From the NCBI RefSeq assembly GCF_009914755.1, contig NC_060929.1: a stretch of 64,000 nucleotides of DNA, one strand, 5' to 3'. Under the pieces are notes generated by a model, which saw only the letters and a program-made list of their open reading frames with translations, was not told where the DNA came from and ran no database searches. Position numbers and translations under genes: made by a program. Positions 59,232 to 64,000 of the stretch are shown here, in pieces (the stretch's first letter is position 1; each line of letters begins with the position of its first letter). This DNA comes from the human T2T-CHM13v2.0 reference genome, Homo sapiens.

Positions 59232-59271
59232 GAGATGTTTTCTGCTTTCTCGAGATGTTTTCTGCTTTCTC
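59232..59271 (+). repeat. Perfect 20-bp tandem duplication GAGATGTTTTCTGCTTTCTC x2
   Basis: Seen directly. Confidence 0.95.
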
Positions 59272-59429
59272 TTAAAAAAAAAAAAAGCTTCCTTTTCCCG
59301 CCCGTCATTTATTTACTTCCCAGAGCGCTATCACAGACACACACACACGCGTTTATAATCTCCCCCAAGTAGTTCATGGATTTATGGCTCCCGGTTTAAT
59401 TAAATTCCGTATAACGACTATCCAAATGG

Positions 59430-59710
59430 GCAGCACGCGGCACAGCGAACCCCCGCCAGCCTGCGCGTCAGCTCAGAGGCGGAGACCCGCGAGCGCTCAC
59501 CCTCGGCGCGGGACTAAGGGAACCCACCTGAGCCTCACGCCGCCAACGCCTCTGCTTCCGCCCTGCGCCGGGGACTTCCGCCCGCACCCACCAGGCGCCG
59601 GCCCCAGGCCCCGCACTTCCGCCCCACGCCGGCAGCACTGCCGCTGGGCGTTCTATCTCAGGTGGTGTCCCGTCTACGCTCTCAAGGGTGGCCGCGCCTG
59701 AACCTTTACT
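59430..59710 (-). promoter_or_regulatory. C5orf63: C5orf63 CpG-island promoter and non-coding exon 1
   Basis: Small CpG island; three CTTCCGCC ETS/GC motifs; minus-strand donors CAG|GTGGGT (exon end 59528) and AGG|GTGAGC (exon end 59501). Confidence 0.8.
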
Positions 59711-59859
59711 CGTGAAGAGTGACACACAAACCAAGGCCAAACTAAAAAACAAAATACGGAAAAGTGACCCCGCATGTTTGGGAACCATTTAATAAGAGGC
59801 CTCAGGTGCGGGAGCCAACTTTTTGAGGCTGCGGAGTCCGAGCCATTTTAACCGCTCTG

Positions 59860-60745
59860 CATGCATCCATTCTTTCGTTAATTTAATATTTACTGCCTCC
59901 TCCACTAGGTCTTGGCTGAACTAGGTTATGGGGAATGCGATGAGCAAAACTGGCAGCCGTACCCTCCCGCAAACTGAAAATCGTGTGAGAAAGCAGATAT
60001 TAGGAAATTATCCCTTATTAAATAGGCCATGGGTTTATTCAGCTAAGTGCTTTGCAGGGAAGGAATATGAGAAAAGACCTGAGTGGGATCTCGTTGAAGA
60101 GGTAGCTTTGGGGCTGGGATCTGAAGGGCGTGGGTTGGGGACAGAGCTCTGCAGGCTGGGGGAAGGGTCTGGTGGAGGATGTGCAGTATGGGTTGTATGC
60201 GGAAGACTGACGAGTATGGCTGAGACTTAGAGGGAATGGGGAAGAGAGGTGGAAACAGGCTAGAGAGGGTAAGCGAGAGTCTGGCCATGCAGGGCCTTTC
60301 AGGTTTGTGCTAAGGGTAGCCGGGGGGCATTTCTGTTTTATGTGGGAAGGGGATTGAACTGATTGCTTTTCCCTTCTGAAAGGACCCCTTAGCTTTGGGA
60401 AGTAGATGGGAAGGGTTTAGGATAGGCAAGAGTAGAACAAGCAGGGAGGTGAGGAAGCTACTGAGCATTCCAGGTTCTAGGTGTGGTGGCTTGAATGGTG
60501 GTACAGTAAATAATGAGAAAATGATGGATAATAATTATAGTAATACTCAAAGCTAACATTTATTGATTGCTCACCAAAAGCTTTATACTCATTAGTCTGT
60601 TTAATCCTGAGAACAATGCAATTAAGTATTACTAGTACCATTTTACAGATGAAGTAATGGAGGTTTAATAACTTGCTCAAGTTCTCACAGTTACAAAACG
60701 GTAGATTTGGAATTCCATCTCATGCTGTCTGACGCCTTAAGCTTA
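59860..60745 (-). mobile_element. L2 fragment (about 59860-60510) followed by a MIR (about 60550-60745)
   Basis: L2-like CATTCTTTCGTTAATTTAATATTTACTG; MIR core CCATTTTACAGATGAAG...AACTTGCTCAAG. Confidence 0.55.
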
Positions 60746-62001
60746 CCACTATAAATTCAATGTGTACTCAGTGGTTTTAAAAAAGATACAAAGCAAACCA
60801 AGGTCAGGAATGAATTCTTTAAACAAACCACACTGATTATGTGATGTCGCTAGAGGCCACATTAAGATAGTAGAATTTACAAGTTCTTTGTCACTTCAGC
60901 ATTTTCTGATAGGCTAAAGAGGGAATTTTGTGACTGTCAACAGACTACCTATAGTTATTTTTGAGTTGATGCACTCTGATAAGACTTAGTTTTTCTGGAA
61001 AAAAAAAAGTCAATTGATAAAGCACAGTCCACCTAACAGTTGCTGATAGGATACCTTTAAAGAAGGAATCTGGGATCTAGTTATAAACACCTTGGTGGGG
61101 CATGAGTATCTTAGATATTGTGGAGTGACAGAAAAGCTTACTAGAAATGTAACTCCAGATCAGCTTCCAAATCTTATTTATTGTTGGAAAACAAAGGTTT
61201 ATAAAATCACTTGGACTTATGAAACCTGATTTCACCCACTGAAGGAAAAGAATGGATTCAACCAAGGCCAACAATGAAGGCTTTTAGCACTGGTTATGAG
61301 TAAATTTCTCTAAGGAGCCAAAAGTTCATAAATTTTCAGAATTTGAGTTTAATCAGTAAGAATTTCTTGGGTTTGTAAGTGATAGCGGAAGACCTGGAGC
61401 CTCCACATTATTGTTTTGGTTAGAGGGAGTCCTGTCGAATGTCTAGGAATCCCTGAGAACTCACTATGGTTGATACCCTCTTTGGGAGTGCCTGGCTGAC
61501 TGCCATGAGCTCAGAGGACCAGTTTAGCCTCTAGGTCCAGGGCCTACAGTGCTGGGGAAGGGAGCTCTGCTTGGGAAAATATCTGGAGTCTGGCCAGGAA
61601 AAATGTCTACAAAACCAAAAAAGAAAAAAAAGGACACTCATAGCAAAATTAATGAACATTTATTAAATGATCACAAAATTGAACACTGTGTCAGCTTCAT
61701 TAATGGATGGGTTTAGCATTTATAACAACTTCATTACATTGGAAAACAATTTTTAGATGAGATGCTCTCACCAAGTGAGAGTTCCTGAGTATATGTGATG
61801 AGTGTAGAGAAATTATATTTTAACTTTTAGCCACATAATTTCACAAGCAAAATTTTAAAAATCCTTTTATAGAAAAATTATTAAGTGTGAAATGTATATA
61901 CCTTTTAATATGTTTCAAATGATGTGAGTGTTTTAAGAATATGAAGGCCTTAAGACAGTTCTGGATCTTGTACAATTTTGTTCATTCAAAACATGCTTGT
62001 C

Positions 62002-62310
62002 GCCGGGCATGATGGCTCACACCTGTAATCCCACCATTTGGGAGGCCGAGGTGGGCGGATTACCTGAGGTCAGGAGTTCGAGACCATCCTGGCCAATGTG
62101 GTGAAACCCTTTCTCTACTAAAAATACAAAAATTAGCTGGGTGTGGTAGTGGGCACCTGTAGTCCCAGCTATTCAGGAGGTTGAGGCTGGAGAATTGCTT
62201 GAACCCGGGAAGCGGAGGTTGCAGTGAGCTGAGACTCCATCCTGGGCAACAAGAGCGAAACTACGTCTCCAAAACAAAACAAAACAAAAAAATGAACAAA
62301 CAAACAAAAT
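62002..62310 (+). mobile_element. AluS element with a short right-arm deletion
   Basis: Dimeric Alu lacking the ATCGCGCCACTGC segment; TSD AACATGCTTGTC; (CAAAA)n tail. Confidence 0.92.
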
Positions 62311-64000
62311 AACATGCTTGTCATTAGGCATTTGACTTGCATGTCCTCCTCTAGGTCTGGACTGCAATTCTAGGCTATGCGCTACCAATCTGGATAGGAC
62401 TGATGCAGGGATATCTGTGTGCTAGAATGTTCAGAACTCAACTGGGTTGAGTTTTTCAATGGTCATCTCTGAGGCAGAAGCCTGGTGTAGAGAAAGCCTG
62501 CTGTCACAGTCTGATCTGTAACTCCTGACATAACTCCAAAGGTACTTTAGAGGACACATGACCTATTCTTCCAGAGATGACCTGGAGCCAGGCTTCCCTC
62601 TTAAGGCCTCTGAAAGGTGGCCTGTGTGGGTGTGGAGGGAGGCATCTTCACTCCTGTCCTCTTAGCTTTGCCTCTGGCAGGAATAAAGAAGTGGGCTTTG
62701 ATGTCAATATGTTCCCTTCAGAATGCCTTAGAAAAATAATGTATGTCTTGGCAAGTAGTGACTGTCATGCCAGCTCTGTTTTACAGTAATTTGGCTGTGT
62801 GTTGCCACTCAAAGAACGTGCAATTTGAACTTTGACTAGGAGGGACAGTCTCAGTAATTGCCACAATTAGGTGATGCGATTGTTTTGGTGGAGGTATTCA
62901 GAAACTTGGTAGGTTTTCTTTCCTGGTGTATTTCTGGACTTTATAGTGAGCATATTTATCTCATGAGTCGCCCATCCTCAGGTCTGCAAACTCTGCAGGA
63001 AATGAACTCTAAGGGCCAGATATTGTGTTATGTTTAAGGTCATGGAGAAAAACAGTGGCAACCTCCCAAAGAAAAGACAGGCTTCTGAGTCTGGGATGTG
63101 CTGGGTCAGTGGGGTCACTGTTGACTCCCCCAAGGCCAACCATTACAGGAAACAGAATTATAAGCCCGACCCACCAGGGGAGAATGAATCTCAAAAGCCT
63201 GATTCCTATGTCCCCATTGACATTTTAAAAACTCTGCTCTTCTGCCAGACATTCAGAGGAGAGTGAAGTAAATTTTAAAAGGAGAAAAATATTTATTTGT
63301 TTTAAAGCTTGCTCAGTAGTCCACTTAGGTCATTTACATAAACAACCTTTCCATGTAAACACCATTAATTATGTAGTATAACAGCCACATAAAAATGCTA
63401 AAAAATAAAAGTCATTGTAGAATAAATTAGAATGGCTTGAGTGCACAAATATAGAGAAACTGTAGACTTTTACATTTTATTGAAGGAAGTAGATGTGTGT
63501 TTTTTCTTTTGTTTGAGCTACTAGGATGGAACCAACAAATGACATTTTACAGATGGATACCAAAGCTGTTAAAGTTTAAACCCATACTGGTGATGAAATT
63601 ACAGTTTTTGCAGGGACCTTGACTCACGCCTCTTTCTTTATCTGTCTTGAAAAGATTGTGGGGCAAGATAGGAGTTGAAGTGTCCTGTGGATTTCCCCAG
63701 AAGGTTTGTTGGAGCAAGACCATTGTTGTCTACTCCAAAATCAGTAGCTTCCAACCTCCTTTCACCTGTAATAACAGAAGATTACTTGTGTCTGTGCTAA
63801 AGGAAATGAATTGAGTGCAGCCTGCCAGGCACAAAGAAGAAGGGCAGAAACTGACACTGTTGAGGAAAGATGGCATAGGGGACCTTGTAGTAACAATACC
63901 AGGGCACATTTGTGTCACCCTTTGTAGTACTGCAAGCATCTTTATAGATATCATTTAATATGATTCTTCACAATAATTCTGTAAGATAGACAGGGCATGC

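Noticed and set aside
63171-63184. CCACCAGGGGAG partial CTCF match (also near 27104, 56538, 60847)
   Set aside because: Mismatches at strongly constrained core positions; too weak to call.

Overview
Primate (very likely human) repeat-rich genomic DNA, recognisable as the C5orf63 / MARCHF3 neighbourhood (chr5q23, from recalled synteny). The complete minus-strand gene C5orf63, a glutaredoxin-like CxxC protein, can be rebuilt from GT-AG boundaries. It has a CpG promoter at about 59.4-59.7 kb, two non-coding exons, coding exons 44959-45072 and 38690-38746, and two alternative last exons: 37848-38024 gives a 115-aa complete Grx fold, and 33751-33996 gives a 138-aa form with an unrelated tail. A second, larger CpG island (about 15.9-17.8 kb) holds a minus-strand non-coding first exon, most likely of MARCHF3, whose intron 1 fills bases 1-16428. 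The rest is Alu, L1, L2, MIR, MaLR LTR and Tigger/hAT fossils; nearly all other ORFs in the track are repeat- or GC-derived noise. The most unusual structure is a composite L1 in C5orf63 intron 3 (39425-41461). It shows a twin-priming 5' inversion, a perfect TSD at a TTTT/AA site, a probable short 3' transduction, and an internal 299-bp templated copy of unique flanking DNA from about 1.66 kb away. I found no convincing novel multi-gene system; the findings are mutational scars and testable regulatory hypotheses.
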